Shown here piece by piece: positions 1 through 8,212 of a stretch of DNA of 41,532 bases (the stretch's first letter is position 1; each line of letters starts with the position of its first letter). The DNA is from a virus. Lineage: Duplodnaviria > Caudoviricetes. The stretch spans positions 1-41,532 of the IMG/VR virus record IMGVR_UViG_3300033568_000036, one strand, 5' to 3'. The notes under the pieces are model-generated. The model was not told where the DNA came from and did not search any database. It saw only the letters and a list, made by a program, of their open reading frames with translations. A program made the translations under genes and the position numbers.

Positions 1-346
1 GGACGCTCTGGGCGAACTGGTCCGCCAGGGTCTTCTTGTAGTTGCCGTTGTGCGCGTAGCCCATGATCTCTTCGCCGTTCCAGCGGATCGGGGAGTACTT
101 GGACTTCGTGATGGACATGTCCGTGTACGAGATGGTCTGATCGCCATCGTCCACGGGGTACTGGCCGGGGGTGATGTCACCCGTGGTGGCCGCAGGGGTC
201 ACCGGGACGCGGATCGTCTGGTTCAGAGCCGCGCTCTGGGCGCTGGCGTTGATGTCGACCGCCGGGATGAAACCCACCATTTCGCGGGCGACGATGTCCA
301 GGCCCTCGTAGAGGACGGGGATGAGGTTGGTCAGGGTGTTGCTCAT
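1..346 (-). CDS. Major capsid protein, N-terminal part (P22-coat-like family), runs off the window start
   Basis: My translation from ATG 346 with AGGAG RBS: MSNTLTNLIPVLYEGLDIVAREMVGFIPAV...SPIRWNGEE...DQFAQSV. It follows the scaffold gene and is absent from the ORF track because it has no stop. Confidence 0.85.
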   Translation of the reverse strand, partial: MSNTLTNLIPVLYEGLDIVAREMVGFIPAVDINASAQSAALNQTIRVPVTPAATTGDITPGQYPVDDGDQTISYTDMSITKSKYSPIRWNGEEIMGYAHNGNYKKTLADQFAQSV

Positions 347-358
347 GTTGGGTGTCTC

Positions 359-994
359 CTAGTCGACGACCGAGCCGCCGGACTTGATGTGGGAACGCTG
401 TTTTTCGGGATGGAATGCATCGAACTCAGCCCGGGTCACCGAGCTGCCTCTCGTGTTGGCGCTTCCGTTCGTAGGTAGCGCCCCGCCGCCGCTCACACCC
501 GCGCCATCGAAGAAGCGGCCATAGGCCGGATCCTTCTTGAGCGCTTCGATGTGCATGACGGGGGTCTTGCTGTCGCCGCCCTTGGTGATCACGCGGTGCG
601 CGCCGTCCGGGCTAACCACGGCCTCGAACTCGCCTTCCACGAGCTTCATCAACAGCGGGTCGCCCTTGGCAGCCGCAATCGCTGCGGTCACTTCGGCTTT
701 GATCAGGTGCTGCTTGAAGCTGTACTGTGCATCGTCCAACTGCTTCGCGAGTGCGGCCTTCTCCGCTTCCACGGTGGCCTTGAGCTTTTCCCATTCGCCC
801 TTGCGCTCCAGCTCCGCTTTCTCGGCGGTGGCCTTCGCCTCGGCTTCAGACTGCTCTTTCGCCTTCATCTGGCGTTCCAGGTCCTTGCGGGCCTGGCGCT
901 CCTGGTCGAGAGCTTTCTTCAGGGCAGAGTTATCCTCCGACGCGGGCTTCTCACCAGGCGCGGGGGCTTCGGGGGGCTTGATTTCGTCGCTCAT
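359..994 (-). CDS. Capsid scaffolding protein
   Basis: Coiled coil (LKKALDQERQARKDLE), GxSGGGA motif and C-terminal TRAEFDA...GGSVVD. Lies directly upstream of the capsid gene. GGAG RBS before ATG 994. Confidence 0.8.
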   Translation of the reverse strand: MSDEIKPPEAPAPGEKPASEDNSALKKALDQERQARKDLERQMKAKEQSEAEAKATAEKAELERKGEWEKLKATVEAEKAALAKQLDDAQYSFKQHLIKAEVTAAIAAAKGDPLLMKLVEGEFEAVVSPDGAHRVITKGGDSKTPVMHIEALKKDPAYGRFFDGAGVSGGGALPTNGSANTRGSSVTRAEFDAFHPEKQRSHIKSGGSVVD

Positions 995-1066
995 GTGGGG
1001 CTCCATGGGGCGGCGTCACGCCGCGATAGGCTTCGCGCCTACCTGCCCCAAGGCTCAGCCCCGCTG

Positions 1067-1085
1067 TGTGACCTCTGCCGTCACA
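1067..1085. promoter_or_regulatory. Inverted repeat TGTGAC-N7-GTCACA (site B), candidate late-regulator site upstream of scaffold/capsid
   Basis: tgtgac ctctgcc gtcaca. Same arms and spacing as the site at 7877-7895. Confidence 0.6.
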
Positions 1086-2172
1086 TAGAACGCCTGCGGA
1101 TCAGCGCCGCCAGTTCCTCCAGCGTCAACTCATGGCCAGCCTGATTCGTCAGGTCCGTCAGGCTCAGCTTGCCCTTCGCCCAGAGCCGGTAGCGCGCCGG
1201 GCCCAGCACCTGGCGCTGGAAGGCTTCGTCCTTGCCCTTCAGCCAGGTCTCGTAGGTCAGGGACTGGCTCACTTGGCCGTCCATGCTGGCCCGGGTGCCC
1301 TCCGGGATGGCGTCCAGTGCCTTGGCCGCCTCGGAATCCCCGCCGGCAGCCTTCGCCAGATCCTCCCAGGAGTGCAGGACCGGGATCTGGGTGGACCGGC
1401 AGCCCCAGTGCGCCGTGGGCCCGGGGAACTGCTTGGTATGGCCGTCCGGGACCAGCGTCCCCTCTGCACTGTAGGTCCACCGCAGCCCGTCCAGGGCCTG
1501 GCAGATCGGGGTCGTCCGGGCGTCCAAGGTGGACACCCATGCCATGCCCTTCACCAGATCGAGGTTCGCCTCGAAGACCGCATGGTGGGCCGCGTTGTTC
1601 ACGGAGAGGACGGACGTTCTCACCAACGTCTGGGCATTCCGGGTGCTGATGCCCATGAGGTCCCGGACCTCCCGGGCGATCTGGTCCGGGGTCAGGTTCT
1701 GGCTCATTCCGGCGCGGACGGCATTGGTGAACTTCTGCAGGATCTCCGTCTCCTGGAGCGCCCACCACTCCGCAGACGGCGCGCCCTCGATCAATAGATC
1801 AGAGGTGATGGCCGCCAGCTGCTCGGGGGTGACCACGCCGGTCGCCAGGCCCACGCCCACCGCGCCATTCAGCAGGCTGTAGGCCGAGTCCACCTTCAGG
1901 GCGGCAAAGGCCCGCAGTTCCCCGGCCATGAGATCCGCGGCCGCGCCCGTCCGGTCCGCGATGGCCGCCTTGGCTTCCTTTAGCAGCAGCTTGAAGATCC
2001 GATCACTGACCACGCCCGGATGGCCCTCCAGGAAGGCCAGGGCCGCCACGAGGTCGCGTTCGAGCCCCCGGTAGTGCGCGGCCACGCGACCAGACAGGCC
2101 GGCCTCGTACCGCAGGGTTTCGATCACGTCCAGGATGGCCCGGTCGTGGAAGTAGTCAGGAAGGGCGGACAC
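1081..2172 (-). CDS. Minor head/head morphogenesis protein (SPP1 gp7/Mu gpF-like)
   Basis: WVSTLDARTTPICQALDG, PTAHWGCRST and RASMDGQV motifs. Directly after the portal gene. Confidence 0.9.
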   Translation of the reverse strand: MSALPDYFHDRAILDVIETLRYEAGLSGRVAAHYRGLERDLVAALAFLEGHPGVVSDRIFKLLLKEAKAAIADRTGAAADLMAGELRAFAALKVDSAYSLLNGAVGVGLATGVVTPEQLAAITSDLLIEGAPSAEWWALQETEILQKFTNAVRAGMSQNLTPDQIAREVRDLMGISTRNAQTLVRTSVLSVNNAAHHAVFEANLDLVKGMAWVSTLDARTTPICQALDGLRWTYSAEGTLVPDGHTKQFPGPTAHWGCRSTQIPVLHSWEDLAKAAGGDSEAAKALDAIPEGTRASMDGQVSQSLTYETWLKGKDEAFQRQVLGPARYRLWAKGKLSLTDLTNQAGHELTLEELAALIRRRSM

Positions 2173-3558
2173 TTAGGCCGCCGGGGCAGGCTTGGGCACC
2201 CTCGGGGGGACTTCCGTGACCACCGGCGCCTGGGTGCTCAGCCTGTCCATCTCCTCCTGAACATCGAACCCGTTGGGCAGGACTTCCGCATCCTGGAGGA
2301 TCTGAAGGTAGGTCTCCTTGCTGAGAAGGCCGCCAATCGTGGCATTTCTAATCTCCGTGAGCATCTGGGCGTCCGGCTTGGCGGTGTCCACGTCCGTGTT
2401 GACGCGCACCTTGCCCACATCGCGCCCCGCCCACTTGCCGCTGAACTCCATGGCGAGGTCCAAAGCATGCTGGAGCCCCAGCGCCCAGGCTTGGATACGC
2501 GACATCGCCTGGGTGGACTCCACGCCGCTTTCCGTGGCGGTCTTCATCACCTTCTCGTTCAGGATCTTCCCGGCCATGCGCTGCATCTGGTCCAGCAGGT
2601 CCAGGAGATCCGTCCGCCCTGCCTCGATGGCCTTGCCGCCGTGCTCCACATAGGCCAGGGTGGACCCGCTGGGGCCCAGAATGGCGGAGTTGGGGCTGGC
2701 GGCCAGGGAGGAGTCCGAGTCGAAGCCGGACCCGAAGAGCAGCGGCACCCGGGCCACATGCAGGATGTGCCGCTGGTCGCTGGCGCTCTGCCAGTGCTCC
2801 ACATTCTTCCAGGCGAGGTCCAGCAGGGGCGGCAGGCCCTCCATGAACCCCGTCCGGCCCGTGTAGATGGGCACCACCGGGATCTCCGTGAGGGTGGACG
2901 CACCGCCAGCCGTGGGATCGATCACCCAATTGCCCTTGCCCTCGGGATCGATGTAGACGGTGACCATGCCGGGCTCCATGACCCGGATCCGCTCGATGGT
3001 CTTCGTGCCGAACATGCCATCGTTGACGGTGGCGGTCTCCTTGTACCGGAACTGCGTGAGCACCACGCGCCCATTGACGCTCTGCGTCCGCCAGCCCAGC
3101 ACATGGGCCGCAGGCACCAGCACCCAATAGGGGCGGACGCCCAGGTCGCGCTCAATCTTCAGGGTCGCGCCCTTGGGGACGGTCGGGAAGTCCACCACGA
3201 TGAAGGAGATTCCGTCCGTGGCCGCATGCTCGAAGGCCGTGCGGGTGAACTGCGTGGCGTCCTGGCCGATCATGTCCACATTAGAGAGCCACTTCTGCAC
3301 ATCCTCAGAGGCGTCCACCTGGACCGGCTTGCGGAAGATCAGGCCGGACGCGAGGTTGATGGCGTCCTTGAAGGCCGTGGTCAGCACGGAGGCCTTCTTA
3401 CGGGAGGTCCAGGCGTCCAGTTCTTCCAGCGGGTGGCGCGGAAGGTACTCCGTCCCCGCGTCCCGCATCGCCTCCGTGCCCTCCATCAACAGGCGGGGCA
3501 GCTTGCGCTTCTTTTCGGCGCTCTCTTGGGCGGCAATGGGCTTAGCTACTTCGTTCAC
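2173..3558 (-). CDS. Portal protein (DUF4055/SPP1-like)
   Basis: 461 aa with YLPRHPLE, PPLLDLAWKNVEHWQSASDQRHILH and KTATE motifs. Position before the minor head gene. Confidence 0.9.
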   Translation of the reverse strand: MNEVAKPIAAQESAEKKRKLPRLLMEGTEAMRDAGTEYLPRHPLEELDAWTSRKKASVLTTAFKDAINLASGLIFRKPVQVDASEDVQKWLSNVDMIGQDATQFTRTAFEHAATDGISFIVVDFPTVPKGATLKIERDLGVRPYWVLVPAAHVLGWRTQSVNGRVVLTQFRYKETATVNDGMFGTKTIERIRVMEPGMVTVYIDPEGKGNWVIDPTAGGASTLTEIPVVPIYTGRTGFMEGLPPLLDLAWKNVEHWQSASDQRHILHVARVPLLFGSGFDSDSSLAASPNSAILGPSGSTLAYVEHGGKAIEAGRTDLLDLLDQMQRMAGKILNEKVMKTATESGVESTQAMSRIQAWALGLQHALDLAMEFSGKWAGRDVGKVRVNTDVDTAKPDAQMLTEIRNATIGGLLSKETYLQILQDAEVLPNGFDVQEEMDRLSTQAPVVTEVPPRVPKPAPAA

Positions 3559-3794
3559 GGGACCTCCACGTATTCAATGGCTTCCTGCTTGATGCCCCTG
3601 GCATGGATCAGGTAGGAGCCCGGAGGGAGAGCCAGCCAGCCGCGCGGGGGAAGGTCCGGCGTGATTGGATTACCCATTCCGTCCGTGATCCAGACCTCCG
3701 TGGCCCCAGGGGCGTACCACGCGACTGCATGGCCGTAGACGAAGATCCGCAGGTCTAGGCGGGGAATGGGGGCGGGGGCGACGAGGATAATCAT
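3555..3794 (-). CDS. Hypothetical protein (79 aa)
   Basis: ATG 3794 overlaps the upstream stop (TGATG). Its stop overlaps the portal GTG. Confidence 0.55.
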   Translation of the reverse strand: MIILVAPAPIPRLDLRIFVYGHAVAWYAPGATEVWITDGMGNPITPDLPPRGWLALPPGSYLIHARGIKQEAIEYVEVP

Positions 3795-4102
3795 CAGGTG
3801 TCCGTGGCGGTGTCGTCGAGAAGCGTGGGGTTCTCCGCGAGGTGCTTCAGCCCCCCGCCGAGTAGGAGGCGGATGAGGGCGCTGCACTCACGGGTGAGGC
3901 GCTTGACCTGCGCTGTGTTCTGGGCCGTGCTGGGGCTGGCCAGGGCGAGGTAGGTCTGGTTCGCGGTGAGGGCGGCTAGGCCCTTGGCGCGGAGGTCGTC
4001 GGCGACCCATTCGGCGGTGATGTCAACGAGATAATCGGGGCCAATCTCAACAGGCTGGCCATTCTCCCATCGTACATTTTTTGAGAGTCGCGTTTTAGTC
4101 AT
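3794..4102 (-). CDS. Small fibre-associated protein, possible chaperone
   Basis: TAATG-coupled to the collagen-like gene. MTKTRLSK...ANQTYLALASP...AQVKRLTR. Confidence 0.6.
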   Translation of the reverse strand: MTKTRLSKNVRWENGQPVEIGPDYLVDITAEWVADDLRAKGLAALTANQTYLALASPSTAQNTAQVKRLTRECSALIRLLLGGGLKHLAENPTLLDDTATDT

Positions 4103-5460
4103 TAGGACACCCGCATTAGAAGTAGGGGGGCGACATTGGCGGTTGCAACAGGCGTATAGGTCGAGCCCCAGGACGAAGGCATCGCACCACTGACGCCGGT
4201 TTGGGAATAGGCCACCCCCATCGCGCCGGACCCGTATGGGCTCAACACTCCAATCAAGGGGTGATACGCAGATACCCCAACCCTCTGGACACTCGGCGCG
4301 ACAGACTGCCCAACCCCCGCAATCCAAACGAGGCCTGAAAGCGTTTGCGAAATTGTATAGGTGATGTCCCCGCCGGAATCCATTGCGATCTGGCCGGAAT
4401 CCAAAATGAGCGAATCTGGCCTACCGTTGTTGTCCGTGTATAGCCCCACTCGCATCTTCGAGGAAGCCACCCCGATATTTACGATTAAGATTCTGTCGAA
4501 ACCTGTGGACGGACCCACGAAAAAGGGCATGGCGTAGAGGGTGTCGAGAGTGATGGTCCCGTTCGACCCGATGGTCCGATAGCCGCCGTTGTAGTATCTC
4601 GTGCCCCCGGTGATGTGGCCGGTGATCTCTGACGCACCTTGGTAGCCCTGGGTCCCTTGAGTGCCCTGACTCCCCTGTGTTCCCTGGTTCCCCTGGGCTC
4701 CCTGGTAACCCTGATTCCCCTGGCTCCCGGCGGTCCCCTGGGCGCCCTGGAACCCCTGGTTCCCCTGGTAGCCCTGCGTCCCCTGATTGCCCTGGCTCCC
4801 TTGCGAACCCTGAGCCCCAGTAGCGCCCTGCGCCCCGCCTGCACCCTGGTAGCCCTGCGCACCCTGCGACCCAGTGGCTCCAGCCGCGCCCTGCGCCCCC
4901 GCGTCACCCTGGAAGCCCTGGGCACCGTCCGCGCCGGTTGCGCCCTGGAACCCCTGAGCGCCTTGCGAACCAGTAGAACCCTGAGAACCAGTAGCACCCT
5001 GAGTCCCATCCGCGCCCACCAGCCCCATCGTCCAGGAGTTCTGCACCCCCGAGCCGCGATGACTGATATACGCCACCGTCAAAGTGGTCCCTGAGTACGA
5101 GGTGACTGAGCCGGTGTAGTGCAATGGCCCAGATAGGTCCACGCCGTAGATGGCCTGCACCCGGTCGCCCGCACGGTACGCGAGGCCCGCGTCCACCGTG
5201 AAGGCCACAGAGAGTGGAAGGTCGGAATAGTCCACAGAGGTCGAACTGGTGGTGAGGTAGCCCGCGCCCTGCGCGCCTGTGTCGCCCTGCGCCCCCTGCG
5301 ACCCTGCGCCCTGAACACCCTGCGCGCCCTGGTACCCCTGGGCACCCTGAGAACCTGCCCCTTGCACCCCCTGCGCGCCTTGAACACCTTGCACACCCTG
5401 AGCCGACAGTCCCACCACCCGCACCACGGGGACGCTCTTCACTACCGTCTTGTCGCTCAT
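4102..5460 (-). CDS. Collagen-like fibre protein (Gly-X-Gln repeats, globular middle and C-terminal domains)
   Basis: Two Gly-X-Y blocks and a beta-rich C-terminal domain. Confidence 0.85.
   Translation of the reverse strand: MSDKTVVKSVPVVRVVGLSAQGVQGVQGAQGVQGAGSQGAQGYQGAQGVQGAGSQGAQGDTGAQGAGYLTTSSTSVDYSDLPLSVAFTVDAGLAYRAGDRVQAIYGVDLSGPLHYTGSVTSYSGTTLTVAYISHRGSGVQNSWTMGLVGADGTQGATGSQGSTGSQGAQGFQGATGADGAQGFQGDAGAQGAAGATGSQGAQGYQGAGGAQGATGAQGSQGSQGNQGTQGYQGNQGFQGAQGTAGSQGNQGYQGAQGNQGTQGSQGTQGTQGYQGASEITGHITGGTRYYNGGYRTIGSNGTITLDTLYAMPFFVGPSTGFDRILIVNIGVASSKMRVGLYTDNNGRPDSLILDSGQIAMDSGGDITYTISQTLSGLVWIAGVGQSVAPSVQRVGVSAYHPLIGVLSPYGSGAMGVAYSQTGVSGAMPSSWGSTYTPVATANVAPLLLMRVS
4630..5016 (-). repeat. 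43 uninterrupted Gly-X-Y codon triplets (9-nt periodicity)
   Basis: GAD GTQ GAT GSQ ... GTQ GYQ GAS, counted from the translation. A shorter interrupted block lies at about 5260-5397. Confidence 0.9.
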
Positions 5461-6116
5461 CGCGTCGTCCCCAGGTCGAAGCAGACCTGACCCTGCAGGA
5501 CGCGCGTGACAGCGCTTCCCACCACGATCTCCAGGTCGAAGTAGGCCAGGGGCCCATAGCCGCGAATGACCGTCCCGTCCGGCAGTTCCTCTTCGAGCCA
5601 GCCATAGGGTGCGGTGATGCTGGACAGGTCCAGAGTGCTTTCCGTGAGTTGGGTCGAGGTCAGGGCTGCGGTGATAACCCCGGTCGCCCCAGTAATCGTC
5701 AGGCCTGCAGCCGGGGAGCTCGTGAGGGAAAGAATTGAAGACGACGCAGAGGGCGTAGCCCTGATCTGCATCCGGGCCTCATAGGTGCTCAAGTCCACCG
5801 GGGACAGCCGGGAGATCACGGCGGCGGCCAGCGCCAGCGGGAAGCCCACGCCATCCAGGACGATGGAGCCAGAGGCCCCGTTTGCAATGGTCGCGCCCGT
5901 GGCGACGGTGTAGACGGCCAGGTCGCCCAGGAAGGAGAGGAAGTCCCCGGCGGTGAAGGTCACGCTGGAGCCGCTGGCATTCGCCACGGTGACCGTGATT
6001 TCGCCCTGGGGTGCGGTGGCGGTGATGCCCGTCAGCACCGTGGGCGCCTGGAGATAGGTAATCGTCCGGGTCCAGGAGGTCCCGGTGGGAATGACGAGGT
6101 TGGATCGGCCAGTCAT
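5457..6116 (-). CDS. Virion structural protein, probable fibre adaptor
   Basis: Thr-rich beta protein with PVDLSTYEARMQIR and YFDLEIV...VTRVLQG motifs of the type seen in phage structural adaptors. ATGA-coupled. Confidence 0.6.
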   Translation of the reverse strand: MTGRSNLVIPTGTSWTRTITYLQAPTVLTGITATAPQGEITVTVANASGSSVTFTAGDFLSFLGDLAVYTVATGATIANGASGSIVLDGVGFPLALAAAVISRLSPVDLSTYEARMQIRATPSASSSILSLTSSPAAGLTITGATGVITAALTSTQLTESTLDLSSITAPYGWLEEELPDGTVIRGYGPLAYFDLEIVVGSAVTRVLQGQVCFDLGTTR

Positions 6117-6412
6117 CGGCGCACCCGGCCTTCGATCAAACGGTCCAGCTTGTCCTTGATGTCCTTGAGCTCTTCCCGGAGCTCAGACCGCTCGCTCTTC
6201 CGCTGTTCATCTGCAGCCTTGAGTGATTCCGTGGTCACGCGGATTTTGTCGTCCTGGCGCTCGATCCGGCTTTCCATGCGGAACCAGCCGGCGACCAGGA
6301 CGCCCAGCATCCCAATCATTTTGAGCATGTCGGAGACGGTGACCTTGGGGGTCTTCTTTGGCTCGTCCTGCCTCCAGAGGCTAGGGTTGGCAGGGCATTC
6401 CTCGGGCGTCAT
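6113..6412 (-). CDS. Single-TM coiled-coil protein, lysis-associated
   Basis: MIGMLGVLVAGWF transmembrane segment, then coiled coil ending LKDIKDKLDRLIE. ATGA-coupled. Confidence 0.6.
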   Translation of the reverse strand: MTPEECPANPSLWRQDEPKKTPKVTVSDMLKMIGMLGVLVAGWFRMESRIERQDDKIRVTTESLKAADEQRKSERSELREELKDIKDKLDRLIEGRVRR

Positions 6413-6693
6413 GGCTGACCTCCAGGGCGCGGGATCGTGGTGGGCGGGGTGGCGGTGCGGTACCCGTTCAACAGCGCCAGCGCTTCCGCCAGCCGGGCCT
6501 TGAGGATGTAGAGGGATGCGAGGTACGCCTGGGCGACCGCACCTCCCGGGGTGCCCGGCTGGATGGACTCCACCGGAAGGGGCGGCCATGTGAGGACGGG
6601 GGGCTCAGGACAGGGCACCGCGACTGGAGCGGGCACAACCTGCACGGGGCGATGACACCCGACCAGAAAGGCAAGAGCCATCAGCCGCTTCAT
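6409..6693 (-). CDS. o-spanin (Rz1-like lipoprotein)
   Basis: MKRLMALAFLVG-C lipobox, Pro-rich region with a second Cys. Follows the i-spanin. Confidence 0.8.
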   Translation of the reverse strand: MKRLMALAFLVGCHRPVQVVPAPVAVPCPEPPVLTWPPLPVESIQPGTPGGAVAQAYLASLYILKARLAEALALLNGYRTATPPTTIPRPGGQP

Positions 6694-7034
6694 TTCTGGG
6701 CCTGCTCTCTCAGGTATTCGATGGGATCGCCCGCCACAGGCGGGACCGCAAAGGCTCGCGACTCGATCTCCGCGCGAAGCTGGGCCGCCTCAAGCTGGGC
6801 AGCGTTCACCCGAGCAGCCTGGGCGTTCGCCTTGGCCCTCCACTCGGTGACCTGTCGCCCCATTTCGAGCAACTGGTCCAGGGCGGCCTCGCGCTCCCTG
6901 ATCGCTTCCGCCCTAGCCTGGTCCGCGGCACCCGCCCGCCGCTTCCACACGGAAAGCCGGACCAACACGGCGACGAGAATCGCCGTGTAGCCCAGCATTT
7001 TCCAGGTGAGGATGGCGAGGATGCCCGCAAGCAT
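6690..7034 (-). CDS. i-spanin (Rz-like)
   Basis: N-terminal hydrophobic segment and Ala-rich coiled coil. Between holin and o-spanin. Confidence 0.7.
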   Translation of the reverse strand: MLAGILAILTWKMLGYTAILVAVLVRLSVWKRRAGAADQARAEAIREREAALDQLLEMGRQVTEWRAKANAQAARVNAAQLEAAQLRAEIESRAFAVPPVAGDPIEYLREQAQK

Positions 7035-7038
7035 GGTG

Positions 7039-7233
7039 CTACTTGGAGGGGCTGATGCGGTCGTACAGGCCGATGGTCGCCAGGAGGCCCGAGAGAAGCT
7101 GGACGACCAGCAAGGCGGTGGCATTGGCCGGCGCGAGGGTCTTCACGCCTTCAGACACGAGCGCGACGAAGGCGCCCCAAAAGGTCTTGGACTTGAGAAG
7201 GTCGCCCCAGGTGATGTTCTTGAACATGGTCAT
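7039..7233 (-). CDS. Holin (64 aa, two predicted TM segments)
   Basis: LLKSKTFWGAFVALV...LLSGLLATIGLYDRI. ATGA overlap with the endolysin stop. Confidence 0.75.
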   Translation of the reverse strand: MTMFKNITWGDLLKSKTFWGAFVALVSEGVKTLAPANATALLVVQLLSGLLATIGLYDRISPSK

Positions 7234-7769
7234 TCTCCGGTTTCGGGCGGGTTGGGTGATGCGCTGGCAGAGAGCGCCCGAACCGCTGCCAGGAATGTTT
7301 GGAGCCCATTGGTCCCGCCGTTGACGGCCTTGCGGACCCGGATCCACTCGCCAGCCGCAGCCAGCCGAGGAATCTTGCGGCGCCTGAAGTAGAGGGCCAG
7401 CACACCAGCGGCCACGCCTTCGCCCAGCGCGTCCTCGGGGCTGTCCTCCAGCCCGAACTCGCGGTAGTTGGCCCGGCCCGTGATCTGGATGTAGCCCCGC
7501 CCGCAGTACCGCGCACCGTCACCCGGCTCCGTGTTGCCCAGGTCCTGCCGGCCCTCGTACATCCGGGTGAAGTAGTTGTTCGACCCCAACTCCCGGATCG
7601 GCTGCCAGCGCTTGCCGACCTCAACCTGGATGGTTGCAGCCGCGGCGATCTGAGCGGGGAGGGTGTTGATGCCCTGCTGGTCGAGGGCCTGCAACACCAG
7701 CGGCCACGCCACGGCGACTCCCGCAGGGTCTGCGGGGAGCGCATGGCAGATGGTTTCGACTGTGAGCAA
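7230..7769 (-). CDS. Endolysin, glycoside hydrolase family 19-like
   Basis: YEGRQDLGNTEPGDGARYCGRGYIQITGRANY and VNGGTNG. TTG start. Confidence 0.9.
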   Translation of the reverse strand: MLTVETICHALPADPAGVAVAWPLVLQALDQQGINTLPAQIAAAATIQVEVGKRWQPIRELGSNNYFTRMYEGRQDLGNTEPGDGARYCGRGYIQITGRANYREFGLEDSPEDALGEGVAAGVLALYFRRRKIPRLAAAGEWIRVRKAVNGGTNGLQTFLAAVRALSASASPNPPETGE

Positions 7770-7876
7770 GGGACCCCAACTGAGAAGCGGGGGCCCTTAG
7801 GTTTCGCGGTTGGCGTGTGCCGAATAGGGATCGGCCATGGGGTAGTGGGCCCCCAGGGCTAGGGTCGGGCGGGCTA

Positions 7877-7895
7877 TGTGACGGGGGCCGTCACA
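7877..7895. promoter_or_regulatory. Inverted repeat TGTGAC-N7-GTCACA (site A), upstream of the lysis/fibre/portal genes
   Basis: atgtgacgg ggg ccgtcacat in the 143-nt gap after the HTH gene. Confidence 0.6.
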
Positions 7896-7912
7896 TCAGC
7901 CCCCCTCCGTGG

Positions 7913-8212
7913 CTAGGCTGCTGAGTTCCTCTTCCTCAGCATCTCCGCCCGGTACTCCCGATGCGCGGTCTCCCGGGCGATCCCCATCCGGTCCGCGATG
8001 GTCTGCATGGTCAGCCCCTGGCACCGGAGCTCATACACCCGGATCTGGCGCAAGAACCGGCCCAGGGGCGCGCCGGCCCGGACCAGATCCTCGATCACGA
8101 AGTCCAGCCGCAGGTCCGCCTCGTGTGCGGCTTCCTCTGGGGTGTGCCCGCCGCGAATCAGGCTGCAGGCGATGTGCACGGCGAGAACCTGCTTGGCGTC
8201 GAGGCGGCTCAT
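7913..8212 (-). CDS. HTH protein, candidate late transcription regulator
   Basis: C-terminal GLTMQTIADRMGIARETAHR helix-turn-helix. ATGA-coupled to terL. Confidence 0.7.
   Translation of the reverse strand: MSRLDAKQVLAVHIACSLIRGGHTPEEAAHEADLRLDFVIEDLVRAGAPLGRFLRQIRVYELRCQGLTMQTIADRMGIARETAHREYRAEMLRKRNSAA

Noticed and set aside
7225-7233. Holin/antiholin dual start (Met-Thr-Met)
   Set aside because: The lambda S-type dual start relies on a basic residue between the Mets. Thr is neutral, and the first ATG is explained by overlap with the lysin stop.
7877-7895. CRP/FNR site
   Set aside because: TGTGA and TCACA are 9 bp apart, not 6.
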